Assembly: GCA_036845805.1 (NCBI GenBank)
Contig: DAIUDD010000002.1
Span: 55,868 to 119,867, forward strand
DNA length: 64,000 nucleotides
Reading direction: 5' to 3'
Source: Patescibacteria group bacterium
GTDB taxonomy: Bacteria; Patescibacteriota; Patescibacteriia; UBA2196
Positions 9,219-19,090 of this stretch are shown here, piece after piece. Position 1 is the stretch's first letter. The number at the start of each line of letters is the position of its first letter. The notes beneath the pieces are model-generated. The model was not told the DNA's origin. It worked only from the letters and a program-made list of their open reading frames with translations, and made no database searches. The position numbers and the translations under genes are program-made.

Positions 9219-9614
9219 TTACTCCGCATTCTGGAACACGCGTTCCAGAATGGCGAAATAATTTGACTTTTGGTCTCCACTCCCGATATATTGGGAGCAG
9301 ACAGCCACCCATTCGCCACCACCTCGGTTGGTGCACACGAGGTGGGCGTTAGAGGTGGCTGAGCCAAAAGTCAAGCTCAGCAGGTCTTGGGGCCGATAGC
9401 CCTTCCACCCGCCGAACTGGCCATCCAGAAATAAAACATTTTCTGAACGGTCTTCATAGGGGTCTACCACGACATCACGGTAGCCCCACGAGTTGACCGC
9501 GATCCACACGCGATCGATGGCAAAACATTTCTCCTCCTCACCTTGGGTGAGAAGGCGGCTCAACCTGCAGAGTTGCGACTCTGTAAGGAGCCTTGTTTCT
9601 TTTAAAAAACTCAT
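9219..9614 (-). CDS. Hypothetical protein (131 aa), same high-GC island
   Basis: ORF with a GGAG RBS 7 nt upstream of the ATG; high GC; co-directional with the 8197-9003 ORF. Confidence 0.5.
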   Translation of the reverse strand: MSFLKETRLLTESQLCRLSRLLTQGEEEKCFAIDRVWIAVNSWGYRDVVVDPYEDRSENVLFLDGQFGGWKGYRPQDLLSLTFGSATSNAHLVCTNRGGGEWVAVCSQYIGSGDQKSNYFAILERVFQNAE

Positions 9615-10146
9615 AATTTCTCCAATTTTTTAACCGACGCCCAATTGCGCCAGTAAACCAGTATGCTCTGGATTGGAGAATCTTGCCACCGCTTCTATTT
9701 CTTTTTTTAAGAAACAAAAGTGGTGGCAAAAAAAATTTTAAAGAACTTTTTTTCTATTGACTGTGGTGAAGACGATTTTCTTAGTAAGAGGCAGATCAAT
9801 AAACAATGTTTGTTAATATCCGCGTTACTAATGTCTCTCTTCTCCACCACGGTCCTTAGAAACAAAAAAGTCTTCTACTGTTCAAGAGAGAAGACCATAA
9901 TTAATAAATCTAATAAAAATTGACTTGTTGTAGGGCTCGCAGTGCCTACCAGACTGTCTCTCTTGTTTTAATCCTAAATTGTAAAGATTAAAATTTATCT
10001 CACATTTTTTATTTTGTATATCTTATTATAGCACACTTGTATAATTTTGTCAATAGATAGATTGTGTATAAATAAAAAAATTACCTAAAATTAGCTAAAT
10101 TAAAGACGTGATAAATCACGTCTCTACAACCATAATTATTACTTTT

Positions 10147-10180
10147 CCTTAATTTCTTAGTTTCTTAATTTCTCTATTTC
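10147..10180. repeat. Family-6 short repeat, T-rich orientation (ccttaatttcttagtttcttaatttctctatttc)
   Basis: Reverse complement shares 23 identical nt (agaaattaagaaactaagaaatt) with the copy at 12746-12777. Confidence 0.6.
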
Positions 10181-10184
10181 TTTT

Positions 10185-12740
10185 TCATCTCAGATCTCTT
10201 TCATGTGGTGGCGCTTCCACTCCCTCGCCCAACTTAGACCGCTCAAAAATTTCTTTTTCCACTTCGGCTTTAGGCCGACCATATTTAAGGCGGGAAAATT
10301 CACGCGCCGCATGAGCAATTTCGGGATTACCTTTAACCGGCGAGAAAGCTGCCATATTAAATGGCCGGGCGGCTTCGTTATTAATCATTAAACGCACATA
10401 AGCATTAAACTTTTCAATATTCATTAAATCATATTCATTAAAAACCGGCGCAAATTGTTTGGACATTACTTCGGTGTCTTCCACCCCAATCCGATAACAA
10501 ACCATGGTGCCGACATTGCCAAAAACAGCGTCTCTCACTTTAGTGTCATTATTTTTAACAAGCTGGCTGATAAATTGATGCGCCATAATCATATTCAGGC
10601 GATATTTTCTAGCTTCAGCTAAAATGGTGGCAATGGAATCAGTGACATAATTTTGAAACTCATCAATATATAAATAAAAATCATTTCTTTGGTTTTCTGG
10701 TACATCCGCGCGCGATAAGGCGGCCATCTGTAATTTGGAAACAAAAGTTAAGCCTAATAAATCACTATTAACTTCGCCAACTTTGCCTTTGGATAAATTA
10801 ACCAAAAGAATTTTCTTCTGATCCATGGCAGAGCGAATATCAAAACCAGAATGCGGCTGGCCAATAATATTTCGCATCATTTCATTTTCCACAAAACGAC
10901 CAGTTTTGGAAATCACATAGGAAAGCATGTCAGCGGCACTCGAACCGCGCTGGGATTGAGCATATTCTTTTTCCCAAAATGATTTAACTAATAAATCATG
11001 ACATTTAGAGAGTTTGTAATTACGAAATTCTTCATCGGTAAAAATCCGCGCGATTTCCACTAAAGTGCCAGGGTCTTTTTGATCTGACATTAAAAGCAAC
11101 ATGGCATTACGCATATAATGCTCAAACATCGGGCCAATCATGGACGGATCAGTGACTAATTTATAGAAAATGGCAATCATTTCCTGAACAGCAAAATCTT
11201 GCTCTTGGGGAGTTTGGGCATCCAACATATTAAGGCCAACCGGACGATCAATGTCTGAAGGGTCAAAATAAATCACATCTGCTAATCTTTCTTTGGGAAT
11301 GGCAGGCAAAATATCATCAATGCCGTTGCCGTGCGGATCAATATAGCAAACACCTTCGCCGTTTTGAATATCTTGTACCGCCATGTTAACCATTAAAGTG
11401 GACTTGCCTGTACCGGTCATCCCAATAATATACATGTGTCGGCGGCGATCGTCGCGTTGTAATTTAACAATAGTTTCTTTGCCGCGATAAATATTTTTGC
11501 CTAAGATAATTCCCTCCTCTGGCATATTGACTGGCGCTGGCGCTTTTCTGGCCCCCAACCAATAAATATTAGGGGTGGGGCAAGAGGGTAAGGGAAAATG
11601 AAACAAAGAAGCCAACTCTTCGGTGTTTAAAATAAAGGCAGACTCGGCTCTAAATTGCCGATGAATTGAATCGGAAATGGTGCGCTCTGATTTTTTTACT
11701 AAAGCCTTAAAACCATTGCCATACTCATAGATATTATATTGGCCAAAAGAATTTAAAATATTTTTTAGATTAATTTCGGAACCGCCCTCAAAAGCGCTGG
11801 CCACCACTAAACGCAAATTAACTTGGAGCGCGCCTTTGGAAGATTTTTCTTCCATTGATTTAATTAATTCCTGATCAAATGGCGTTAATTCAGCGTTTTT
11901 ATTAAGCTGATTTTTAGGTTTTTCACCAGCAGTCATCATAGAATGCAAAGAACCAATACTGCCAAAAGTGCCCTCGGCTAATTTATCATACCAAGACTTC
12001 TGGTTTAAACTTTTTAGAACTGTTTCTATTTTTCTGCCAGACATTATTTCTTTAACTGCTTTTCGGCCACGCTTATGCCATTCTTTATGGATGGGTCTAA
12101 TAATTAATTGGATCAACGCTCCTTCTTTTGAACTAAACTTAGACAAACTGTTGGTCGTGGCGTTTAAAGGATCAACTTCCATTTTGCGGTAAGTTTTAAT
12201 TGGCAATACGTCGGGCCGGGTTAGAAGTAAATTAGCAGCCGAAGCATTACCGGTCGGCGTGAATAAATTATAATCCTCGCTAATTTCGGTTTGGGCATGA
12301 GGATATTGAGCTTGAATTTGTTGTTCAACAAATTGGGCTAGATAGGCGGGTACTACCACATAGAAATAAACCAGTTCGCGCTGAGCTACAATTTCTAAAG
12401 AAATCTGATCGTGGCGACCATAAAGCCAAGTATGCCAACCCTTAAGTGGTTTAATGGCAGCAAAGGCCGCCCATAAATTTTCCGCCCAAGAAATTTGTTC
12501 CTGAATACGATTAGGGCCGGTGTTTTGATTTTGAAGCTCGTCTTTACCGGCCGCTGCTTCTTTGGGCACAGTAATTAATAAAATTATTGGGCGAAACTCG
12601 GCGGGTAATTTATAGTGACTTCTCATCCAAGCGCGCCAGAGGTATAAAACAACAATGATTAAAATAATTACGCCAATCAAAAATAACCCAACCACCAAAG
12701 CGGGGTTATTAAAAATTAATGAGGAAAAAGAAGAAGTCAT
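10185..12740 (-). CDS. Membrane-anchored P-loop ATPase of the VirD4/TraD/TrwB (type IV coupling protein)-like superfamily
   Basis: N-terminal TM helix; Walker A IIGMTGTGKST; Walker B-like LYIDEFQNY; large cytoplasmic domain; start set at internal Met (MTSSFSS, 12740) because the upstream part of the ORF runs through a repeat. Confidence 0.65.
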   Translation of the reverse strand: MTSSFSSLIFNNPALVVGLFLIGVIILIIVVLYLWRAWMRSHYKLPAEFRPIILLITVPKEAAAGKDELQNQNTGPNRIQEQISWAENLWAAFAAIKPLKGWHTWLYGRHDQISLEIVAQRELVYFYVVVPAYLAQFVEQQIQAQYPHAQTEISEDYNLFTPTGNASAANLLLTRPDVLPIKTYRKMEVDPLNATTNSLSKFSSKEGALIQLIIRPIHKEWHKRGRKAVKEIMSGRKIETVLKSLNQKSWYDKLAEGTFGSIGSLHSMMTAGEKPKNQLNKNAELTPFDQELIKSMEEKSSKGALQVNLRLVVASAFEGGSEINLKNILNSFGQYNIYEYGNGFKALVKKSERTISDSIHRQFRAESAFILNTEELASLFHFPLPSCPTPNIYWLGARKAPAPVNMPEEGIILGKNIYRGKETIVKLQRDDRRRHMYIIGMTGTGKSTLMVNMAVQDIQNGEGVCYIDPHGNGIDDILPAIPKERLADVIYFDPSDIDRPVGLNMLDAQTPQEQDFAVQEMIAIFYKLVTDPSMIGPMFEHYMRNAMLLLMSDQKDPGTLVEIARIFTDEEFRNYKLSKCHDLLVKSFWEKEYAQSQRGSSAADMLSYVISKTGRFVENEMMRNIIGQPHSGFDIRSAMDQKKILLVNLSKGKVGEVNSDLLGLTFVSKLQMAALSRADVPENQRNDFYLYIDEFQNYVTDSIATILAEARKYRLNMIMAHQFISQLVKNNDTKVRDAVFGNVGTMVCYRIGVEDTEVMSKQFAPVFNEYDLMNIEKFNAYVRLMINNEAARPFNMAAFSPVKGNPEIAHAAREFSRLKYGRPKAEVEKEIFERSKLGEGVEAPPHERDLR

Positions 12741-12745
12741 AAACG

Positions 12746-12777
12746 AGAAACTAGAAATTAAGAAACTAAGAAATTGA
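12746..12777. repeat. Family-6 short repeat, A-rich orientation (gagaaactagaaattaagaaactaagaaattgag)
   Basis: Inverted relative to the 10147 copy; its 17-nt core gaaactaagaaattgag is identical to 26536-26552. Confidence 0.6.
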
Positions 12778-12877
12778 GGGTTTATTGTTTTCGCCCTTAA
12801 TTTCTCCCGCCCGCCTTGCAAGCCAGAGTGCTGTGGGCAGGTTATTTCTGTGTTTCTTTATTTCGTTTTTTTATTAT

Positions 12878-13348
12878 TTATTTCTCTATTTCAAGTATGC
12901 GGTCCGCTTTAATCTTGGCTTCCTGTTCCACAAAAAATCGATTTAGACCAGGAATAATTTTTAGCCATTTTTTGATCAAATTAAAGACTCGGCGAAACGT
13001 AATTTTAGCTGTTTCAATTAATTCAATAATTTTTTTAGCGGTTTGTTCGCCTTCGGCTTTAAAAATTTTTTGCTTTTCCGGCGAGAGTGAAAAATACAAA
13101 TCACCCAAGTCTTCTTCTAAGACTGCTTCAATGTTTTGATGCAGAGGTGTTTTACTAGAGTCAATTCCTGGTGCACCTACTCCCAGATCACTAACGAGCG
13201 GTAAATTTTTTTCTCCAATTTTTTCGACTTGTTCTAAAGGTGGTGCTTCCATGGCCGAGGAAACTGAGATTTCCGATGATTCAAAATCAGACACCCTTTC
13301 CGGTGTTTTAATTTTTTCTATTTTGCCTGGTTGAATAATAGTATCCAC
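12878..13348 (-). CDS. Hypothetical acidic protein (156 aa), upstream of and co-directional with the VirD4-like ATPase
   Basis: ORF only; no family recognised. Confidence 0.45.
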   Translation of the reverse strand: MDTIIQPGKIEKIKTPERVSDFESSEISVSSAMEAPPLEQVEKIGEKNLPLVSDLGVGAPGIDSSKTPLHQNIEAVLEEDLGDLYFSLSPEKQKIFKAEGEQTAKKIIELIETAKITFRRVFNLIKKWLKIIPGLNRFFVEQEAKIKADRILEIEK

Positions 13349-13410
13349 ATAATTTATTTTAGCATAAAAACAAAAAAGATGGTATAATTGATTTAGAATT
13401 AATTAGTTCT

Positions 13411-14340
13411 ATGTGGCAAAATTTGTTTATTTTGATTGTTTCTCTTTTTTTAATTGTCAAAGGCGCCATGCTCTCAACTAAACACGCCGCGCGCCTAGCA
13501 AAAAATTTTCAAGTTTCCAAATATGTAATTGGTTTTATTGTGGTAGCTATTATTTCCATTTTGCCTGAAACTTTTGTGGCCATTAATTCTTCTTTGGAGG
13601 GCGTACCCGCTTTTGGCTTGGGCGCTCTTTTTGGCTCGAACGTAGCCGACCTAACACTTGTTTTTGTTATTATCATTGCCCTTTCTGGTAGAAATATTAA
13701 AGTAGAAAGTAAAATTTTAAAAAACAACATAATTTATCCTTTCCTTTTTTTAATACCTTTAATTTTAGGGCTCGACGGCTATTATTCCCGCTTGGAAGGT
13801 GGCGCTCTTATAGTCGCCGGCGCCATTTTCTATTACTTAGCCTATAAAAAGGGTCAACGCCATCACCAAACAGAAAAAAATCATAATGGAATTTATAAAA
13901 ATGCGCTTTTTTTAATTTTGGGTATGGCCATTTTACTTATTGGCGCTCATTTTACAGTCACCTCGGCCACCGATTTAGCCCACGATCTTAAAATTACGCC
14001 GATTTTAATTGGCATGTTAATTGTTGGTCTGGGCACCACTATTCCAGAAACAATTTTTTCCTTGGAAGCGGTTAAAAACGATAATGATTCTCTGGCGGTT
14101 GGCGATATTTTGGGTACGGTTTTAGCCGATGCGACAGTGGTCGTTGGTTTGATTGCAATTATTAAACCATTCTTTTTTCCCATAAATATTATATATGTGA
14201 CTGGCGTCTTTATGCTTTTGGCCGCTTTCATGGTGGCTTATTTTATGCGTACTGGTAAGACTATTTCCAAAAAAGAATCTGTACTTTTATTTTTCTTTTG
14301 GTTAATTTTTATTTTTACTGAATATTTTATCAATCACTAA
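13411..14340 (+). CDS. Ca2+/cation antiporter (CaCA / YrbG family)
   Basis: Two alpha-repeat motifs (GLGALFGSNVADL and GLGTTIPETIFSLEAVK) in a 10-TM-like polytopic protein. Confidence 0.8.
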   Translation: MWQNLFILIVSLFLIVKGAMLSTKHAARLAKNFQVSKYVIGFIVVAIISILPETFVAINSSLEGVPAFGLGALFGSNVADLTLVFVIIIALSGRNIKVESKILKNNIIYPFLFLIPLILGLDGYYSRLEGGALIVAGAIFYYLAYKKGQRHHQTEKNHNGIYKNALFLILGMAILLIGAHFTVTSATDLAHDLKITPILIGMLIVGLGTTIPETIFSLEAVKNDNDSLAVGDILGTVLADATVVVGLIAIIKPFFFPINIIYVTGVFMLLAAFMVAYFMRTGKTISKKESVLLFFFWLIFIFTEYFINH

Positions 14341-14341
14341 T

Positions 14342-15280
14342 ATGTCTAATTTGCCCCACATTCAAATTTTTAAACACCAAAATTTTACTTGGTATGACGT
14401 GGATAAACCAAGCAAAAAACAACTAATTTGGTTGAAAGAAAATTTAAATTTTGAAGCAATCGATCTAGACGATTGTTCGCCATTGACTGAAAGACCAAAA
14501 CTGATCGATCGCGGCCATTATGTTTTTTTAATTCTTCTTTTTCCTTTCTATGATAAAGAAACCAAGGAAATCCGTTCTTCAGAAGTAGATTTTTTTATAG
14601 ATAGTGAAAAAATTGTCACTGTCCATAGCGGCGAACTGGAACCAATAATTCGCTTGACCAAAAAAGCGGGCCAAGACCCGGAATTTGGTGAAAAATACAT
14701 GGTTAATGGTTCTATTTTATTGTATGAAATCTTAAATAACTTGCTTCACGAATGTTTTCCCATGCTTAGCCACATTAATCGAGACATCGACGGTATCGAA
14801 ACTAACGTCTTAAATGTTTTTGAAAAAAGATTGGCCATTATTACCGAGATTCTGCGCATCAAAACCAATATTGTTAACTTCAGAAAAGCGATGCAGGCGC
14901 ACAAAAGTATAATTAGCAAGTTAATTAAAGTGTCAGAAAGATTTTATCCTAAAAACCAACTTCATCTATATTTTAACAATTTGGTTAACCACACTAAAGA
15001 TATCTGGGATTTTTTGGAAAATTATAAAGATTCAATCAATGCCATTCACGAAACACATGAATCTTTGATGTCACATCGGCAAACAGAAATCATGAAAACT
15101 TTGACTGTAATTTCAGTGATTGTGTTTCCATTAACTTTATTTGCTGCCATTTTTGGCATGAATACCATGACTGCCATGCCATTCTTAACTTCTAAATATG
15201 ATTTTTGGTTAGTGATTGCGATTATGATTTTTGGAGCTCTGAGTATGTTATTGGTGTTTAAGAAAAAGAAGTGGCTGTAA
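14342..15280 (+). CDS. corA: CorA-family Mg2+/Co2+ transporter
   Basis: C-terminal two TM helices with the signature GMN motif (AIFGMNTM). Confidence 0.85.
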   Translation: MSNLPHIQIFKHQNFTWYDVDKPSKKQLIWLKENLNFEAIDLDDCSPLTERPKLIDRGHYVFLILLFPFYDKETKEIRSSEVDFFIDSEKIVTVHSGELEPIIRLTKKAGQDPEFGEKYMVNGSILLYEILNNLLHECFPMLSHINRDIDGIETNVLNVFEKRLAIITEILRIKTNIVNFRKAMQAHKSIISKLIKVSERFYPKNQLHLYFNNLVNHTKDIWDFLENYKDSINAIHETHESLMSHRQTEIMKTLTVISVIVFPLTLFAAIFGMNTMTAMPFLTSKYDFWLVIAIMIFGALSMLLVFKKKKWL

Positions 15281-15302
15281 AAATTAATTAGGAATAACTT
15301 GT

Positions 15303-15365
15303 TGGTTCAGGATTACACCCTGAACCTTTTTTGTTATAAAAAAACCCCGTATAAACGGGGTTAAG
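15303..15365. terminator. Pair of convergent terminators (ggttcaggattacaccctgaacc + T-run for corA; aaccccgtataaacggggtt for the minus-strand ORF)
   Basis: Two perfect hairpins, each followed by a U-run on the appropriate strand. Confidence 0.65.
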
Positions 15366-15383
15366 CTGAATTATCTCTCACTT

Positions 15384-15629
15384 TTATTTTTTAGAAGCCA
15401 AATCTGTTAAACCGGCGACATTGGTAATTTTAATTAAGCCGGTATTTTTATCCCTTTGTAAAACATCGTCTTGATTTTCTAATTCTTCCAACAAAATCAA
15501 GACGTCTTCTTCTTCGTCAATGTTGAATTCCCAAAGCACATCATTTAGTGGTATGGCCTGGTCTTCTACCTCATCGAGTTGCAATAATAAAAAAATGCAC
15601 AACTTTTTCTTTAATGCTTTACGGGTCAT
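15384..15629 (-). CDS. Hypothetical small acidic protein (81 aa)
   Basis: ORF with its own terminator; no family recognised. Confidence 0.4.
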   Translation of the reverse strand: MTRKALKKKLCIFLLLQLDEVEDQAIPLNDVLWEFNIDEEEDVLILLEELENQDDVLQRDKNTGLIKITNVAGLTDLASKK

Positions 15630-15694
15630 GTGGCCCTCCTAATTTATCATCTTTGCCAAAATAACTTTTTTAAGATAAAATAAACTTACCATTT

Positions 15695-17152
15695 ATGAAT
15701 AATTTTTTCAAGATTTACAATACACTTGGCCGAGAAAAGCAAGAATTCAAGCCCCTGAAAAAGGGGCGGGTTTTGATGTATCATTGTGGACCGACGGTCT
15801 ATTGGACCCAACACATTGGCAATATGCGCGGCATGGTGATGGCGGATTTAATTGTCAGAAGTTTGGAATATTTGGGCTATCGGGTAAAATTGGCGCGCAA
15901 TTATACTGATGTCGGGCATTTAACTTCGGATAGTGATGAAGGTGAAGACAAAATAGAAAAAGGAGCGAAAAGGGAAAATTTAACGCCAAAACAAATCGCG
16001 GATAAATATATAAAAATTTTTGAAGCAGATATTAAAGAACTAAACACCCGACCGGCAGATTATAAACCACGAGCCACTGAAACAATTCCCGAAATTATTA
16101 AAACTGTGCAAACGCTTTTGGACAAAGGCTATGCCTATGAAACAGATTTGGCAGTTTATTTTGATGTTTCTAAAACAAAAAATTATACCAAGCTTTCTGG
16201 CCAAAAAATGGCAGAAAATATAAAAGAAGCCGGCAAGGCCGGAGTCAGCGACCCAGATAAAAAAAATCCAGCGGATTTTGCGCTTTGGTTTTTTCGCGCG
16301 GGCAAACATAAAAATGCACTGCAATATTGGAGCTCGCCATTTAAATCAAATTTGGTAAAAAATGGTGAAGGTTTTCCGGGTTGGCATATTGAGTGTTCAG
16401 TCATGGCCAAAAAATTCTTGGGTGAAACCATTGATATTCATATGGGCGGAGTGGAACATATTCCAGTGCATCACACTAATGAAATTGCCCAAAGTGAAGC
16501 GGCTAATGGGGTGGAGTTTGTCCGCTATTGGCTCCACAATGAACATTTGGTGGTGGATAATAAAAAGATGGCTAAATCAGAGGGCACGAGCTATGCTTTA
16601 AGCGAAATCAAAGAAAATGGTTTTGCCTCAATGGCTTTGCGTTATTTCTTTTTACAAGCGCATTATCGGAGCAAACAGAATTTTACTTGGGAGGCGTTGA
16701 AAGCAAGCCAGACGGCTTATAATAAATTAATTTCTTTTTTAACCGACGAGAATTCAAAAGAATCAAGAATTACAGATTACAAATTACCTGCCTCGCCGAC
16801 AGGTAGGCAGATTACGGATTACAAAAATAAATTTATACAATATCTAGCTGATGATTTTAATATTCCTGGCGCGCTTTCATTAATTTGGGAGATTATTAAA
16901 GACATTGCACTTCCCTACTCTGAAAAAAAGAAACTGATTTTGAATTTTGATAAAGTCATGGGTTTGAGACTGGATAAAATTAAAAAAGAAAAAATAGTTA
17001 CCCCAATTGAAGTGCAAAAATTAATAGCTGAAAGAGAAAAAGCTAGAAAAAATAAAAATTGGCAACAAGCTGATGAATTAAGAATTAAGATTTATGATTT
17101 AGGATTTATAGTGGAAGATGTTGGCGAAAAAAGTGTGATAAAAAAGAAATAA
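15695..17152 (+). CDS. cysS: Cysteinyl-tRNA synthetase
   Basis: HCGPTVY...HIGN (HIGH-type motif), zinc-binding Cys, KMAKSEG (KMSKS motif). Confidence 0.9.
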   Translation: MNNFFKIYNTLGREKQEFKPLKKGRVLMYHCGPTVYWTQHIGNMRGMVMADLIVRSLEYLGYRVKLARNYTDVGHLTSDSDEGEDKIEKGAKRENLTPKQIADKYIKIFEADIKELNTRPADYKPRATETIPEIIKTVQTLLDKGYAYETDLAVYFDVSKTKNYTKLSGQKMAENIKEAGKAGVSDPDKKNPADFALWFFRAGKHKNALQYWSSPFKSNLVKNGEGFPGWHIECSVMAKKFLGETIDIHMGGVEHIPVHHTNEIAQSEAANGVEFVRYWLHNEHLVVDNKKMAKSEGTSYALSEIKENGFASMALRYFFLQAHYRSKQNFTWEALKASQTAYNKLISFLTDENSKESRITDYKLPASPTGRQITDYKNKFIQYLADDFNIPGALSLIWEIIKDIALPYSEKKKLILNFDKVMGLRLDKIKKEKIVTPIEVQKLIAEREKARKNKNWQQADELRIKIYDLGFIVEDVGEKSVIKKK

Positions 17153-17208
17153 TATATATAGTGTGTCATTCCAGCGAAAGCTGGATCCAGAAAAAACAAA
17201 AATAAAAA

Positions 17209-17235
17209 AGCCCCAAATAATGGGGCTTTGTGTTT
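17209..17235 (+). terminator. Terminator after cysS (aagccccaaataatggggctt followed by a T-run)
   Basis: Perfect hairpin plus T-run. Confidence 0.6.
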
Positions 17236-17258
17236 TATTTCGCGCTCGGCTTTTTAAA

Positions 17259-17453
17259 TCACTGCCAAGCTTTCCCCTTTTGTTCATAATATTGATCCGT
17301 GCTCACAGAGCTCGAGCCAGTGGGAATAGCTGGTGGCTCAGTGCCTTCAGCATCGCGACGATCTTCCTCTCCCTCTGGTGTATGAACCGCGCCGTCAGGC
17401 CAGCCAGTATGGGCTAAAATTTGTCCGAATTTTTCATCTTTGTCATTTGCCAT
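17259..17453 (-). CDS. Small hypothetical protein (64 aa) encoded by a high-GC (about 50%) segment
   Basis: Strong RBS (aaggagg, 4 nt spacer) before the ATG; Pro/Glu/Gly-rich; GC content far above its surroundings. Confidence 0.4.
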   Translation of the reverse strand: MANDKDEKFGQILAHTGWPDGAVHTPEGEEDRRDAEGTEPPAIPTGSSSVSTDQYYEQKGKAWQ

Positions 17454-17483
17454 TGTGCCTCCTTGTTTGAAATAATCGGTCGT

Positions 17484-18005
17484 TTATACTTCCGAGTTAG
17501 GAAACATAGAAACGATATTAGCATCTTGTTTTTTTTCTTGACCCATTTTTTTTAAATGTGCATCGATATCCAGATCTAATTCATCGGGCCCGTCAACCAA
17601 GAAATTAATTCTTTCATAGTAACAGGCACAGTGTCCGGTATGGTCATACGCTTGATGACACTCCGAGCAATAGCGCACCACGGCTGCTGCCATCTTTTTG
17701 ATTTCCTCTATGGTTAAAATAGATGCTAACGGTTTTATTCTTTTAATGCCAGTGCTATTTAAATGCTGAGTAATTTTTTTTGCTAAATCATTAATTTTCC
17801 TAAAGCCCCAGAGAGGGTGCGGGACGGTAACTAATAATTGGTGTCGCCGCAAAGCTCTTTCTAACAAATTTGATAAAATTAACCTTTTTTCTAGATCATC
17901 AACGTCTGGCAATTCACCATCATAATTATGATGCTCATTTTTGTAAGCCAGACAGATGGGAGAAATTATGGTTATAACTTCTTCGACTGTTATTTCTTTT
18001 TTCAT
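17484..18005 (-). CDS. Hypothetical protein with a C-terminal Cys/His metal-binding cluster (YCSECHQAYDHTGHCAC)
   Basis: ggagg RBS just upstream of the Met at 18005; no family recognised. Confidence 0.5.
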   Translation of the reverse strand: MKKEITVEEVITIISPICLAYKNEHHNYDGELPDVDDLEKRLILSNLLERALRRHQLLVTVPHPLWGFRKINDLAKKITQHLNSTGIKRIKPLASILTIEEIKKMAAAVVRYCSECHQAYDHTGHCACYYERINFLVDGPDELDLDIDAHLKKMGQEKKQDANIVSMFPNSEV

Positions 18006-18095
18006 ATGTAAACCTCCAAACTTATTTATCTTGTCTAAATAGCCATTTTCTTGTATGCTTACAATACTATTTTTAACAAAATAAATCAAGAAGCA

Positions 18096-19082
18096 ATGAA
18101 CAACGCGCGAAAAAAAAATAAAAAAATAATCTTGGCATTGGCACCAATTGCTGGTTATACCGACAGTGCTTTTCGGGTTCTTTGTTTAGAAAACGGAGCG
18201 GATTTGGTTTACACGGAAATGATTAGCGCGGAAGGTTTAGCCCGCCACAATAAAAAAACATTAGAAATGCTGAATTTTTTACCAGAAGAAAAGCGAGTTG
18301 TGGTGCAACTTTTTGGCAAAAATCCAGAGGCATTTGCAAAGGCCGCGGAAATAATATCAAAGTGTCCGGTGTCAAAGTGTCAAAAAAAAATTTGGGGATT
18401 AGACATTAATCTCGGCTGTCCGGCGCATAAAGTTTTTAAAACCGGTGCCGGCGCGGCACTGATGGATAATAAAAAATTAGCTCGCAAAATTATTGAAGCG
18501 GTTTTGAATAATACCAATTTACCAGTATCCATAAAAATTCGCTCGCGCGTTAAAAACACTACGGCGGAAGAATTTATAAATTATATAAAAGTTTTAGATT
18601 TTAAAATGGTTATGGTACATGGCCGCACACTTTCACAAGGCATGACTGGCGAAATAGATTTTGCCATGATAAAAAAAGTAAAAAATCTATTGCCAGATAA
18701 AATTGTGCTGGGCAATGGCGGTATAGATTCATTAGAAAAATTGCAGGAAATGATTGAAAAAACCGGAGTCGATGGGGTGGGGATTGGCAGAGGCGCTTTG
18801 GGTAGACCAGAAGTGTTTTCTGTTCTCGGGTGTCATCCTTATGAAAATGAGGATCCCCTAGACAAACAAGATCCCCTTTTTCAAGGGGATGACAAAAAGA
18901 ATATTATCCTCCGCCACGCAAAACTATTTTTACAACAAAATTCCAACTTAATTCCCTTGCGCAAACATTTAGTTCATTATTTTAAAGGACAAAAAAATGC
19001 CTCAGAATGGAGGCAAAAGTTAATTAAAGTAGAAACTTGGGAAGATTTAAATTCTGCGTTAGTCGGCGTTAAGTCTGCATAA
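18096..19082 (+). CDS. tRNA-dihydrouridine synthase (Dus family) carrying two in-frame repeat insertions
   Basis: LAPIAGYTDSAFR...VVQLFG...GLDINLGCPAHKV are Dus motifs; the repeat at 18361-18385 encodes KCPVSKCQKK and the palindromic element at 18829-18897 encodes LGCHPYENEDPLDKQDPLFQGDDKK. Confidence 0.85.
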   Translation: MNNARKKNKKIILALAPIAGYTDSAFRVLCLENGADLVYTEMISAEGLARHNKKTLEMLNFLPEEKRVVVQLFGKNPEAFAKAAEIISKCPVSKCQKKIWGLDINLGCPAHKVFKTGAGAALMDNKKLARKIIEAVLNNTNLPVSIKIRSRVKNTTAEEFINYIKVLDFKMVMVHGRTLSQGMTGEIDFAMIKKVKNLLPDKIVLGNGGIDSLEKLQEMIEKTGVDGVGIGRGALGRPEVFSVLGCHPYENEDPLDKQDPLFQGDDKKNIILRHAKLFLQQNSNLIPLRKHLVHYFKGQKNASEWRQKLIKVETWEDLNSALVGVKSA

Positions 19083-19090
19083 GTCCGCAT

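Noticed and set aside
9538-9729. 63-aa minus-strand ORF and 67-aa plus-strand ORF (9720-9923) in the island flank
   Set aside because: They overlap the better-supported 131-aa ORF or lie in AT-rich intergenic DNA without an RBS, so they are probably spurious.
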